Shown: in pieces, positions 47,640 to 61,973 of the stretch
How the letters are laid out: the number at the start of each line of letters is the position of its first letter
Numbering within the stretch: the stretch's first letter is position 1
Source: Phoronis australis
Taxonomy: Eukaryota; Animalia; Phoronida
Length of the DNA stretch: 64,000 nt
NCBI GenBank assembly: GCA_002633005.1
Contig: NMRA01000047.1
Span: 1,173,137 to 1,237,136, forward strand
Reading direction: 5' to 3'
Position numbers and translations under genes: made by a program
Notes under the pieces: generated by a model
Told to the model about the DNA's origin: nothing
Databases searched by the model: none
Seen by the model: only the letters and a program-made list of their open reading frames with translations

Positions 47640-48935
47640 TAAGGCAGCCTGGGTTTACTCATTCATGATACAAAATACTTGTTGAAATGTAAATCCAAAC
47701 CATTTTACTGTGCATTTGTTGACTTCAGTAATTGGTAGAAACAGTGGTAGGCCTATACAGGTAAACCAAGATATAGCGAATGTATTATTATTACTTTTTG
47801 CAGATGATGCTACTTTGGTTGGTGCAACTGCAGTGCAACTTCAGAAAAGGCATGACTCATTGCAAAATTTCTTTTTAAAACGGGATGTGTCTGTGAATGT
47901 CGATAAACCAAATATAGTGGTCTTAAAAAGGTGTGACCCTGAAAAGTAATGAAAAATGGTTCAATAACGGAGCTAAGTTAAATGCATGCAGCTACTGTAA
48001 ATATCTAGGAATTGTTTCCTATGCATGCTGTGTTGGACGATGTGTTGCAAAACACTTGCCCAACAGGCAAGTAAAGCCCTTCATTTAGTCAAGTCTTATT
48101 TATACGAAATGGGAACAAACAGAAATGTAAAAATAGCATTTAAATTTTTGGATTCTATGGTGGCACCTATTCTGTTTTATGATGCAAATTTGTAGGGTTT
48201 AACCTACAGGGAGGAAATAGAAAGTGTTCAGTTTGCGTTTTGTAAATGGTTATTACGTACATCTATCAAGACAAAAAATGTTGCAAAATGTGAATGTGGA
48301 CCTTTTGATTTGTGTGCCAAATGTTGAAAATGAATGGCGATAGATTGCCAAGACAATGTTACATAATGCTGTTTTAACGATTCGAAAGGTCACAACTGGG
48401 TTTGGCTGTGCTTGGTTGCAGCAAGGAGTAGGTGAATTGTTTAATTTCTTTTAAGCAAAGACTTACGGATATGCATTTTCAGTTGTGGTCGTCTTCACTT
48501 GAATGTGATTTTTACCGTTCAATTAAATCTGAATTAACATGTGAAAAGTATTTATGTGGTAGCCTGCTGTCTTTAAATCAAGTATTTGCAATAGCAAATT
48601 TGTTCGATCCTTCATCTTATGATTGAATTGAGTAGAAGAAATAATGTACCTCGACCAGAAAAAAACTTGTAAAGCTTATAACACCGATGAAGTTGAAACA
48701 CAGATAACTTTTTATTGATTGTCATGTTCTTGAAAACCTACGAAAATATTTATTTCCATAATGTATTGTTAGAAATAGAAACACTCCTAGGTTGAGATTC
48801 TGTGTAAAGAAACACAACATCCTTCAATTATCAAGTCATCAGCGAGAGAATACTGTTGGTATATTCATTATAATGAACTGTGGGCCACTGGCCCTATGAC
48901 TTTTGAAATAAATGTTTTGTTTGTTGTTTGTTTGA
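47640..48935 (+). mobile_element. Degenerate LINE (L2/Crack-like) 3' portion
   Basis: RT motif LLLFADD..LV, then VNVDKPNIVV and a KYLG-like segment with many stops; ends with AATAAA and a (TTTG)n tail. Confidence 0.75.
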
Positions 48936-49201
48936 TATTAAGCAGGATTCCAAGTTCACGCACAGCATCCCAGCGGTGTTATGTCTCCAACACAGAACCT
49001 CTAGATTGCCTCACACGCTATCAGTGACGTCAGACTGTGAGTCTTGGGAACCAAGTTCAAAGATGCCAAGTTACGCGGGGTTGCTTCTTTTGCCGTGAGA
49101 TGTCGCTTCGCACTCCAGATGTCAGAAGTTGTACATCCTTTGCATGGCATTTACACTTCACAGTCGTCCAAAACTTCTGAACTTCTTGAGATTTAGTCAA
49201 A

Positions 49202-52200
49202 ATGTGAGTTTTTGTGTGTCGCTTCCGTTCTTTCATTTCTGTGTGTCCTACAAGCGCTCGAATATTGAACTGGCCAGCAGTAGAGTTTATCCGTTTACCA
49301 CAACAACACCAACGACGTGCAACAACATTTGATGCAAATCACAACGTTCTTTGTTGACCCTGGCCTAGGCCGGGCCAGGCCTAGGGCTAGACAATGATCA
49401 CCGTTTCTAGCTGGCCCGAACCAGAGACGGTGTATCTCCTATAGGTGCTTCATATGCTTTTCGGCAAATTATGCCTCTCATCAAAGTCACATTGTTAACT
49501 TTTGCACGTAGAGGGAAACCTTAGAGGCTTCGAGGCCGTGGATGTTTTTAATTCCTTCCAACTCTACTCAAAACAATATTCCCGAAATCAAACGTTTTCT
49601 TCGAGCAGTCTGCAGGGATATTCCTGCCCAAAAATTTGTGCCTAGCGTAATTAAAGTGGTAACATAAGACAGAATCCCAAGGCCAAGGGCAAGCGAGATA
49701 ACAACAAAGTCTTGCCACCCCACTGGCTGTAAGTTGACTAGGCAATGACCATCGCCTCTGTTGGCCCGAAGCAGAGGCGATGTAGAGGCTATAGGCGCTC
49801 TGTACGCCGGAANCGAAGGTCAGAAGTTGCGGACCTACCGGCGAACTTTGAAAGCTGAAGTTCCCGCCCTTCGCGTACGTGCTGCCGGGAACCAGCCGTG
49901 CATTTGCCGTGTTGTTAAACATTAAAATGTCAAATATGTGCACAAAGACTATTAAATGTCATATCAACAGCATTTATTTTTATCAAATACAAACAATGAT
50001 TCATTAAAATACAATCAGTTTCAAGTAACGCCAATTAAAGACAAGTATAAGTGGTGGCATTTTGGAAACGAACATTTGACTGACAAGACCGCAATGGCTC
50101 ACCTTTGGCCTATTTAAAGATTGAGGTCATGAAGTCGTCACATCACCTAGCGAGCGCGGTAAAAATTGGAGCGTGCGCAGTATAAAAATGGTGAGTTTAC
50201 GATTTTGGGAACTGAAATAGGGACTGCTCGAAGAAAAAGTTTGATAATGGGAGTATTTGTTCAAGTTGGAAGGAATTAAACAGATCGACAACCTCCTAAA
50301 GTGTTCCTCTATGCGCAAAAGGTATTTATAACAATGTGACTGATGGTTTAGTCGGTGCGAGGCATAATTCGCCGAAAAGCTTCCGGTGTACAGAGCGCCT
50401 ATAGCCTCTGCATCGCCTCTGGTTCGGGCCAACAGAGGCGATGGTCATTGCCTAATTCCAGAAATGTCCCTGAGTCTACATGTATTTTGATGATAGTCTT
50501 CATAGACTTCATGCAGCTAGTTGACTGGCTAAATATTCTCAAGCACAGTTTGTTTTAAAGAAGAATGGTAAAATGCAAATATATTTTCGAGTTCGATTTC
50601 AAGTAAATGGATTAGATCCTGGGCCCATATCTCACTCAATCACTGAGTTCCACTGGCACTGGCAGAGAAGGTTGATGCAATGACTGCTGACTATTGCTGT
50701 CCTGGACTCATCTACTATAATGCTGGCTGGCCATAAACATAACCATAGGCATGTTAGGCTAACACAACAGCCATTAGGAGGCAGATTAATTAGTTCAAAA
50801 AGTTGTAGAGTATGCAAAAAGTATACAAGATCCCACACTCTGCAGCTTAAAGCATCCACCCTTTTGAACTATTGAATAGGTCCAGATGGGGCTTACCCAT
50901 TTGTTAATCTACTGCACATAAATGGCAACTGATATTGTTTTTGGGCTGTTTACCTGTGCTTTGTTAAACTTAATTTTAAAATAATATTGTTCATTGTTCC
51001 GTGTATTTTGTTTAAATTTTGTATTTTGTATTGACTGCAAGAAAGTGGTCCTTGGGATAAAAAGCCCCATTGTTGTCCTTGTTTACTCAAAACCATTATA
51101 ACCATTCTCAACTTTTTTCAGGGCGACGTACTGGAAATCTCAACCTCGAAAGATGTGTGAATATTGCAAATGCTGGATCACTGATAATAAACCAGTGAGT
51201 ATATTTGCTCCTTTGACCAATTAAACCTGATGCTCTGGGATATTGACAAAAGTAGTGTGGTATCAACCAGTCTCACATCGTGTAACTTTATGGTTTATAG
51301 CCACAAGTGTATTTCTATAGTGTTCTTTTTTCCTTTGTAAACCTTGTGAACACGAGAAGCAATCTGACAACGTTTCAAACTGAACTAGTGTTCTCCACTA
51401 CTGAAAACTGAAAAATAAATTTGTCAACATATGTGGCAGAAGCACAAGGAGTCTCACTGTCTCTGTTTCAGTGGCAAATTTTTGCTCAATGTCAATTAAA
51501 AGCAGTAAAGGCAATGTTAATGATGGTGATGCCTTTTTTCCAAACTGGTTGCTATTTTTTCACAGATAGGTGGCGGGCCTGTCAAATGGGTAACAAGTGG
51601 TGCCAAGCAGATTGCCATGACACTTTGAAATGGGTCGGTCCTGAAGAAGACTGTAAATGCATTGAAGATTTACTAAAACTGTGATTGGACTAATGTTTGC
51701 ATGCTGATTAGTGGGTGTTTCCTTGAAAACCGATTCTCTTGATGTGTTGTCATTTCATGTGTATTGAAATATGACTAGTCAACAGAGGCATGAGTCATTA
51801 CTGTTGACTGAGCAATAGTCATATACAGCTAGTACGGGGTCCCACATTTTGAGAATCAGTTTGGTTCCTGTTATTCAATGGAGAATGCTGGAACCCTGTA
51901 AGTGGCTACTACCGTTGATTGTGTGTAAAAAAGGCTGAAATATGCATCTCACCAAGCAATGTTGTCTTTCAGAGTGTAGAGTTTCATGAAAGAGGCAAAA
52001 AACACCAGGAAAATGTTAAAAAGAAACTGGATGAGGTACAGTCTTCACATATGCTTCGTCTTTGTCATTTGTTTTATTGAATGTTTAATGTTTTATGGTG
52101 GCAAGACTAACGTCTGTGACGTCATATCTAAGGGGTTCTGGTAGGTACACAAGAGTTATGATGTTTGTAGTCTGATGTAACGTGCCAGCATTTTGAGAAC

Positions 52201-55200
52201 CAGTTTGATGCCTGTTATTCAGTGGAGAAAACTGGTTCTCAAAATGCTTGCACTTTATATGAGACTACTACCGTTATGACATCTGAAATTGTGTGGAAGA
52301 GGTATGTTTTCACCTTAATGCACATATTAGTCGAATACATGACCTGTACACATCCTGACAAAATGAAGTCCCCACCACGACATTAAGGATATTTACATTC
52401 ATTACCAATGATCAAATTTCTTAAGTAATTTTTATTTTTATAAGTATTAATTGAAGACCCATAAAACTATTTTTGGAATCTAATGGTGGCCACTGAGTGT
52501 TATTAAGTGCATGAAAACAGTGCCCAGATGTTACTAACCACAGGATTGCATTTTTCTAAATAACATAATTTTTCACGGAGATAGCTGAATTTTCCTCAAA
52601 CATGATTTTTTAGCACAAAACTTATAAACTATGTTAAATTATTTTGTTGGTTATAAAAGCGTTTCTGTGGTTCTCCATTAAGTCCTTTTAGCCCAAGAAC
52701 TTGGTTGTCAAAATTCATGATTTCCTTTTTGGCAAGGAATATTGAGATAGTCATTTTTATAGCAGAATTTTCAGGCGAAAGGCCTGAAAAGAAAATTTTA
52801 GACGCTCTAGTGTACCTGATAGAGAGAAACAAAATTGCAAGTTTCATGCAGAAAAATCATGTTTTTAGAAAACACACAGTGACATTGTGAAAATTTATGC
52901 ATTATTTTTGTGGAGATACAAAGGTTCTGTGGTCATCAAGGATTTTAAGAATAAGTAGTTTCACGGGTCTTCTATTATTTAAGGATTTTGATCCTTGGTG
53001 ACAAAGGCCATTGCCTTCCAGTTATGAGCTGAGGACCAGTGTCTGTTTATTGAAGTTCTCGTGTGTGCATTAAAACTCCTGTCTGTTTCTGAGTCTCTAT
53101 AAGATTTCTTGCTGCTATAAAAATACAACTGAGGCAGTTATAAGAAGTGAATTTAGTAATTTCTACTTAATTGTAGTTAAAGAGTGTCAAATAATCTGTT
53201 ACACCTTGACATTATTTACAAAATTGTTTAATGGCTTATGTTTCAGTTAAGGAAGAAAGGCTTGAAAGATGCCCAGTCTCAACAGACCTTACACAGTGAC
53301 TTAGCAGCCATTGAAAAGGTATTTAATCTGAATATATAGTGATTTATTGAAATATATACATATGTTCGTAGGCCCGAAGTATAACATGTACAAGACAGAA
53401 TATTGTCATGTGTGTTACAAACTAGATAATAAATTGTGACGCTTGAGAGCATGATGGACAAATGTTAGACGTAGGATATCCAGCGTTTTCATGAGATATT
53501 CAAATTTAGATGTCGTGGGAGAATGACAAAAACGATCACTTATGGCAGAGAACACATTTAACACTTTTCCTGCTGAGCCTCTATTCAGACTACTTTCCCT
53601 GTGTGCTGAGCTAAGTAGGTCACCACTACTGCTGTACACTAAGCTGTTGTGGAGGTCACCCAGACTAATGACCTAACAATTTTAAATTGGAAATTTGAAG
53701 GGGAAATATTAAATTAACAGAAAAGAAGTCAATATAAAACTTGTGCAGAATTTAATGGAGATTTTCACCAAGTGTAAGTCTTTATCATAGCCTTGGTGAA
53801 AGTAAACTGATCCACTGTCATCCTCTCCCCTATGACTCCAGCCATATAATGAAACTATGTGTCTACACTTACATAAACCTGCCAAATATCTCCCAAACTA
53901 GTAATCACAGCCATATGGTTTAAATTGAAGAACTGTAGAGGAAACTGTGAAGTATGGAATGCTCATTCCAGGGCTCTTACAATTTCTGAATGAAAATCAC
54001 AAGTGTCCTGGGGTGAGTGCACTCTCCTAGGGCAGCCCAGCTGTAACTAATTATAGTCGATTGAGTACACCCAACGCATTGTAATAGAATAATTGACATG
54101 TCGGCTGACCTCGCCTAGCGCAGGATAAGGGTTAATATGGAGAACATAAAAGCATGTTTTCTAGCAGTATTGGAATGTCACTTCTTTCAAAGCCCTGAAA
54201 TCATCTGCTGTTTCACTGAGGAACAATTTGAGACCAGTTTAATAATAACGAGTTCTCTAAATCAAAAGTTGGGTATTGTGATGGAAGTTGAGCTCATAGC
54301 CACTTAAATCAACATTTACAGGCTGCGCTGGAAGCACTGAAGAAAGACATCACTAGTGACCCCTCTATGGCAGCACAGTACGGCCTGAATATAGACACCA
54401 GCAAACCAGTAGTGATACGAGACATTGTAAAGACTGAGAAGAAGAAGAAAGATGCTGGAGAGTGGTATGAAGCTGTGTCACCCGAAGGCTACACCTACTA
54501 TTGGAACACCGTCAGTTTAGGTATATTTTGGCCTGTTTAAGTTTGGAGTCGTGCGGTAGTGTGTCTGGGGGATGGGCAACAAATGCAGCAAAAACTTTCT
54601 GCACAGAAACATTTATTACAACCAGACTGTGACTTTGGAGTGTCATTTCGCAAACATTTTTAAGTCTGGCCTGCCCGTCACCTGTTGGCCATATATGAAA
54701 CCAAGTATGAAATGGACAACAGATATCAAATGGGTGGTTAAAGCGTGTCGTAAAGATGAGATCGAAACAGCGAAATGTTAAATTACCTATCAAATTAATG
54801 AATTTGAGTGTCGGATTTATCTCTTTTCACAACTTGCAGTATCGAATTGTTTATCACACTACACACTGTGCAGTATCGAATTTTTTATCACACTACAGGT
54901 TGTGCAGTACCAAATTGTTTATCACACTACATATTGTGCAGTACCAAATTGTTTATCACACTACACATTGTGCAGTATCAAGCTGTTTATCACAGAACAC
55001 ATTGTGCAGTGTCAAATTGTTTATCACCCTACACATTGTGCAGTATCAAATTGTTTATCACATTACACATGGTGCAGTAACAAAGTGTTTATTACACTAT
55101 AAATTGTGCAGTATCAAATTGTTTATCCCACTACAGGTTGTGAAGTATCAAATTGTTTATCACAGGACACATCGTGCAGTATCAAATGGATACTTTGTTG

Positions 55201-57906
55201 ATGCAGTTCAACACAAAATTCTTTTTTGCTATGGAACGTTAATGTATGTTGTTGTAAGTAACATCAAGGGGTGGAATCAACAATGGGTCAAACTTGAAAA
55301 CCACTTGCCGGACTTCAAAACCATTTGGCTGGACTGCAAAACCAGATGGCCGGTGATCAAACGTCTTGTCCGGACTTCAAAATGTGATGGCCTCACCCAA
55401 AAACTAGTTGGCTGGACCCAAAACGCGATGACCGGTGCTATAACCAGTTGGTTGGTGATTTGTTCGGTGTTTGTGTTTGAGCACCAGCCAACCCGTTTTA
55501 GGTCCGGCCAACCAGTTTTATTGGGGGCGGCCATCTGGGTTTGAGGTACCAGACATTACGTTTTGAGGTCTGACCACCAAGTTAGAACATAGGCCATGAG
55601 ATTTTGCAGTCCAGTCAGCTGGTTTTGAAGTCTGGGCAAGTAGTTTTGGAGTCGAACCAATTTTTGATTACCCCTCTTGAACATGCAAATCACGTATGTG
55701 TGCACATGTTGTGGACAGCCATCAGATATGTTTTTTGCCTTACTGCTAGAATTTTTCTTTGCTGAGAGTGACTCATAATGTCCTTGACTTTGCACTATGT
55801 TGCTGACAGTGACTCATAATGTTCCTGACCTTCCACTTTGTTGAATGGGCTAGATGTCAACTCTGTCATGAGATCTTTTTCAAACAGTTGCTTAACGCTT
55901 GCTGAGACTCTGTCACTTTTGGGTCCCTGAGAAACTTAAAATCAGGTAGCCATCCTTGAAAATGATTTTCTTGTGCAATACCTCTAACAAAACTGGTTTT
56001 GTTTGAAATTTTCAAATGTTTGGTTACTTTTAAGTTAGTGTGAAAACAATACTTGGTTAATGATGAATGTTTTACAAGCCTAAATCAACAACTGATTACA
56101 GAATCTCGTTGGGAAGCACCGGATGATTTTGTAAGTCTGGCGAAACAACAAAACGAATCAGAAAAAGAGGAAAACAGTGAGCAAACGGTTGAGTCAGCAG
56201 AATCTGCTCCACAGGTGGCAGAACAGGAAGAAGAGGAGAAGCCGGCTGAAAGTTCACAACCTCACCACTCAGCTTATGGAAAGTGGCAAACAGTGCGTGA
56301 AGAGTAAGTGTCCTGAATGGCAGTATCTAGGATAATAAGTACATCTAGAAAGATGTTAACATAAATTAAACCATTGAAGCATTGGAGTTATACCCTTCAG
56401 ATAAGCTACTCAGCCTTTCCACTACTTAGGTAATTGGATGCACGTGTTGGTCAGACAGTACTGAATTCAACTTTCGGATTGGCCTTTGAATAAATTTGTT
56501 GAACACTGAGGGTTGTACTTACAAATCATATATGTGTGGCATGGCTTTGGTTCACATTGAAAAGACTGTGCCTATTTTTCAAAACCAGTAGTTTCATTAC
56601 ATAGATAATGTATGTTGGATAAACAAACAATCATTCACCCACACTATTGGGGTGCATGCAAATGTTGCATTGGCGACTATTTTCGATGATTTCCAAGTCT
56701 ATTTTCAGACTCAGTTGATACAAAATGCAGTGTCTGAAATTTTGAAAATATGATGGATGCCAGTTTTCAGAATCAATATTGCTTTGGATTTCAGTGTCCA
56801 AATTTTAGAGAGTGTCCCAAACCGGAGAAGTTTTACTGCAGATTAGGTTAACTCAGGCACTGTCCCTAACTTGGTATTTCTATGTAATTGTATGTTAATA
56901 TTGTGAGTTCATCTTGACGTGGTCTTGAATGTGACTTTTTTAAATTTAGTGATGATTGATGTTACATTTAAATCTTTCACATCCAAGTTTCTCAGGAACA
57001 GGATTTCCCATTAATGGTAACAAATAACTTTTGAGAATCAGTAGAATGTGGCATGCAGTCACTAAAACGTTCTAAAATTGTTATTTGCCAGTGGAATCTT
57101 ACGACACTCACATGGTAAGTTGCTGTTAGATTGTTTTATGATATTTTAAAATTATAGCATCATACGCCAGATAGAGTACTTGAGATTTCAGGTGAGAAAA
57201 CACTACCAACAGACAATAAAGGTTTTTGTTGAAATATGTACCCTGCTGGCCCGTGTACATACCTCGTCTCGCGTCTGACTTTTAGTCAATTAAACATGGA
57301 CGTAACATCAATCTCAACTCGGAAAGTAAGCAATCAACAAAAATTTCTTCAAAAAAACAAAGAATACCCAAAAAACTTGACTTTTGTTAGGGGTTTGATT
57401 AAACTGTGGTCCTCTTGTCTTGAACTGTAGTTATCTCCACTGAAATTTAGGATTAAATAGGTGAAGAAGGGGCAATTACCCAATTAAGGGATTGAGGCAT
57501 TTGTCAGGGAATGTGTAAATTGACGTAAGGTGCCTTTGGTGGTGAAATATTTAAAAAACTACTAATTGGTGTAATTATGACTTTTTGCAGACAACTACCA
57601 GACTTAAACCTACCCAACAACCCTTATGAGTTTAGTGAAGCACCTGCTGAAGATGTTGCCAAAGAAAGCGACGCTGAACCATCCGTTCCAGAAGTGTTAG
57701 AAGTGGGTGATATACCTCTGCCATCGGACATTCCACTTCCTGTGGAGTACCCTGAGAAACAGGAACAGGAACCGCCAAAGTCACGTTTTAAAGAAAAGCG
57801 CGTCTTGCTGAGTGATACACAGACACTGGGTGCCAATGTTGGCTTTAAAAAGCGAAAATTAAACTCTGGAAATAGAAGCCTAAGGCAAAAAAGAGATGAT
57901 GATTAG
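49202..57906 (+). CDS. WBP4: WW domain-binding protein 4 (FNBP21; U1-type zinc finger plus WW domain), 7 coding exons
   Basis: Exons 49202-49203 (AT, inferred), 51122-51194, 51973-52035, 53247-53318, 54322-54520, 56102-56303 and 57591-57906 with consistent phases. Product MATYWKSQPRKMCEYCKCWITDNKPSVEFHERGKKHQENV (matrin/U1 ZnF), WYEAVSPEGYTYYWNTVSLESRWEAP (WW), AYGKW, and a C-terminal RFKEK...VGFKKRK...RSLRQK. Confidence 0.93.
49380..50455. mobile_element. Foldback family A arms in WBP4 intron 1 (interrupted by an N at 49813)
   Basis: TAGGCAATGACCATCGCCTCTGTTGGCCCGAA (49739) is an inverted repeat of TTCGGGCCAACAGAGGCGATGGTCATTGCCTA (~50424-50454). Body arms lie at ~49440-49610 (+) and ~50180-50390 (-). 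Confidence 0.7.
54835..55187. repeat. Minisatellite, ~10-11 x 34 bp
   Basis: Unit TGCAGTATCAAATTGTTTATCACACTACACATTG repeated in WBP4 intron 5. Confidence 0.93.
55264..55680. mobile_element. MITE-like element with imperfect TIRs
   Basis: TCAAGGGGTGGAATCAA ... TTGATTACCCCTCTTGA, with internal GGACTTCAAAA/TTTTGAAGTC subrepeats. Confidence 0.45.
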
Positions 57907-59918
57907 TGCTCCGTGAATGATGATCAACATCTGTGTAATAATTGTTAAACATCTGGAGTCCTGGGTAAAATTATTGAGAGTCGGGTTATGTTGGTGGTTG
58001 ACACCCGTGTAATACTTGTGCACGATCATGTATAGATGAAAACTCACACCCACCTAGTGTACGTATCTGTGCCTGAGGCTCTAGAACAGTTGTGTGTGGC
58101 CAATAGGGAACTTTTCATATTGTCACTCTCTAGAGAATGAACGTCACTTCCGATTGATCCTGACTCAGATTTGGTTGACAGAAATTCAATAACTACACAG
58201 TCACTCTGTGGTACATAATTATAAGAGTAGAGGAATAAATTCCACTGCCAGGTTCTCTCATTGTTTGATAGGTTAAAGTTCACTAATTTATTTTAATTTT
58301 TTGACACTGGCTGGAATCGAAATTCTTGCTTTATCACCAGCAGTCAGGGACTTTGTCGCAGATATACACGTTTGCAGTGGGAAATGATGGAACAGGATGC
58401 CCTGTTGAAACACTTTTCATACCTTTGAAACTTCCCGTCCGCATTACATGGGATCAGTAGGTGGCGCTGAACACCTGTCCACCAAACCCTGATTGCTGTC
58501 TGGTGGTTTAGTGAATTTGTAGTGGGGCTATCTAGTTGTCTTTGTGTCCTGCAATCGATCTTCTTCAATCCAAAAATATTTAAATATTTAAATTGTTGGC
58601 ATTGCACTTTAGACTATTTTAATAATTAAAACCTATGAGATCTTCAGACTTTCATCTAACAACTTTGGCCCTATTTGTCATATTTTTACTTGTTTTAGGT
58701 ATTGTTATTTTTGTTTTCCTACTGAAACTGAGGTTCTGTTTTTGGAGCATCTGAGTACAAGTCATGTGGGATTTATTTGAATATTGCCCTGAAAAACTGT
58801 TGTTCTGCTACTGTGCATTACATTAAGAGAACTTCAGCTATGTCAGGACATCAGTTATGGTGCTGGACTTGAGGTGCAACTCTTGGTTAAAGATACCCTT
58901 TCTGCTTTCAAAAAATGAATCAGTCTAGCCCAAACATTTTCCGAAAAAGTGATCTTTCAACAATTAATCAAATGTGTTCAGATTAAGTAGAATTTGTTAT
59001 CGAATTTTCATATGACATGAATTACTGGTGGTCCAGCGACATAGATAGTGGCGGCAATGACTTAACTATCTTGAAGTCTATAGCCTAGATCACAGCTCGT
59101 CTACTGGTTCCGGAAGTCTACGATCAACGCATGGAGGGCACGTGTGTGACGTGTTGTATTTCAAGTCACAGACTGGCGGCAGAGGGTATTTGTCATGTAA
59201 AAGATCTAGGGTGTGCTTATTTTTTACTGCAGCTTGGGAAACTTCAAAAATCACACTGGCAAAATATTGTACGTCCCGTTGTGATCTGGTTTTTTGATGA
59301 CTGCTACTGTAACAGTTGAGCGGCATTTAACTTTGCTGTTATGAATTGCCTGTACAGACAACATTTACATATGGGAACTTAATTTCCAAATGTTCCTATT
59401 TTAGTAACGTCAAAATTCAAACCTATTTCGCTTTTCTCTTACTTTATTGGTAAATGCGCTTATATTTGTGTAAATGTTGTCTTCTAGCTGGGTAAAATGT
59501 CCGTTGGAGAGAAGCCCTAAAATTTTATATCCTTTCATATTTATGGGTCCCAACCTAAGTAGGGTACACTTGATCCTTCTCTTGATGTTTTGTTGTATGT
59601 TTTCCCACTCGGGACGTCAAGGATGGATTCAATTCATTCTCTTTTCCTGTTTTTGTGGAATCGCACAATCTTATATGTTACGGAATGTCTCTCTTATTGG
59701 AGTGTCACTCGAAGGTGTATTTAAGTGCCGTTCTTTTCCAATTTCTTAATGATACAGCCTTTCAAATTAAGGAGCTCCCTTTCAGACGAGGTCATTTCTT
59801 GCAGGGGCGGCCTGGTACAATTGCCCCTTTGCGCCCCCCCCCCCCTATTAACCCGGCTCTGTCAACTTTTCAGGGATGGAAGTAAATAAAATTTCGAATT
59901 GGTCGAGAAAACCATAGA

Positions 59919-60065
59919 CATGGGCGGCTCACCATAGGGGGCTTGGGGGGGGAGGGGGGCTATAGCCCAACACTTTTTTCAGTGCTGCGCCGCCCATGGT
60001 CTGTGGACGGGGCACCACAGGGGGGCTGGGGACTATAACCCTCACCTTTTCAGTGGTGCGCCACA
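59919..60065. mobile_element. Short GC-rich MITE-like repeats (related sequence at ~38810-38948)
   Basis: CATGGGCGGC...GCCGCCCATG ends and a GGGGGCTATAGCCC core shared with the copy 3' of GALC. Confidence 0.5.
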
Positions 60066-61973
60066 AATGACGGAACATGTTCATGCGAAACACTGAATCG
60101 GGAAATGCAGCTCAAACAACCAAAAATGTGAGATTGCGTCAAAAAAAACACACGAGGGTAGAGTTGACGTTCGAAAAGCTTGAAGACCACAAGGACGATA
60201 TTCCTGATGAATTTATAACTATAAATATCGATATTTTTTCCAGTCTTTCATTTGACGATGGTTATTAGAAAACCCCGGTTATATTTCTGACAGTCCACTT
60301 AATTTACGTCTTCTGATTTATAGAGTGCGAACGTCGCAGTCAAAATCAGACGAGCATAATTGAAAGCCACAGTGTGGGCAGGAGAATAGCTTTTTCTAGT
60401 AACGTGAATAAACGTTTTTCAGTTATTTACCGAGCAGTAGGTTATCTGTTGCCTGTTAAACACGTGTTAAATGTCTGGTTGAATTTGTGTGGAAAATATT
60501 TTCTCTCTGTGATCAAGCATTAAAAAGATAAAAGAGTTTTGATACCACCACAGTACATAGAATGTTTCAAGTAAAGGTTTTATTTAATAATCACAAACGG
60601 TGCTTGAAACAACAATCAATACCTGGAAAGATTTATTGAAAATTCTCGGGCACTCGCACAAAGCAATGTTCTGGACAATTTATTTTCATGCAAAACGAAA
60701 CTAGTTTTATACATGTTTGTTAGTTGTGATATGTGCTCTTCTTCAAAACCAGAGTCAGTTGCCATCTATGTTGTATAGTGGTGAATCACGTTGTAATAAT
60801 TGCGTGGCCGTATTTCACCGCAATTGCAAAATGTTGACACACCACTGTGTGTAGTCACCTCGTTCTCGAGCATTCAGCATGAGGATTGCCATTTTCGCAA
60901 ATCCATATTCTTTGGCTGAAGGACCAGGTCGTTGGAAGACCGTTGATTGAAGTGGAGGACGTTTGGACATACTGTACTAAAGAATGTGACTTGGTCAGAG
61001 TAGGTTGAGCTAGTGATCAGACATTCCTTTGGTCATTTGGCAGACTGGACTCAAATCGCGAAGTCGTTTGTCGCTGATTGAAGATTAGTACGCGAGTGCG
61101 CAGAATGTCAGGTTCCCACACTGTAACTGAGCAACGGAGGCTGACTGTATTTTTAGACGCGTGGACATGGATGCTTCGGCGCCATTGCAACATGGACACA
61201 CTTTCCGTACGATTCTGCCATTGGTTGCATCCAACTTGTCGAAGGTACGAATTTATATCAGGAAACGGTAGAGCATGAATCTTCTCTGCCGCTGACGTAC
61301 TTTCCCGGTTTGAACGAGTCAATTTGTTACCAATTAGACAATCCACAACAGGTTTTTCGGGTGGTTTCGAGCTCACCAAGATACAATGTTCTATTTCCGC
61401 TTGACGTCACCGTGTACCTCACAATTGGAAATGGGACAATACACGGTTTTACGAATTCCATAGGATTTGATTCTTTTTAGGGGGAATTCGATTATTTTCT
61501 AATCGATTCTTGTTTGTCAAATTACTGTCGAATATAAATAGTTATTACTCGTAACAATTATAGCAACGAAATTGTTAAATATTATAACATTCTAACTAAT
61601 GAACGACCCTGAGTTGTTTATTTGTTCATGATCATCTCAATAATACATTTTAAAAGTAAGTCGTAACTTTGTAAGACAGTCAAAGGCGAAAATTGGAACA
61701 ATGAGTTGAATCGAAATGGACCTTGACGTATCGAAGTCGGTCGCTTTTCGATTACATTCAGATTCGTCGCACCGGTATTTATATATAAAACTATATTTGT
61801 ACACGATAACGTCGTGCGGAAAATAACGAATATTGCTTCGAATTTCATTCCTACTTATTAACAGAAAATCTGTCAATCTGTGACGTCATGGTATGAAAAC
61901 CTTAAGGTTATGCAGGACCTTATCGACTAGTCCGTGTACTTAGCAAAATATCTACAAAACTAGACATTTTTAA

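Noticed and set aside
54756-55544. 262-aa ORF inside WBP4 intron 5
   Set aside because: It runs through a 34-bp minisatellite and a MITE-like element; the open frame is a by-product of the repeat.
60560-61420. ORF-like fragments (up to 120 aa) left of the Kolobok element
   Set aside because: No recognisable domain, coherent exon chain or defined termini; possibly decayed transposon sequence but not supportable.
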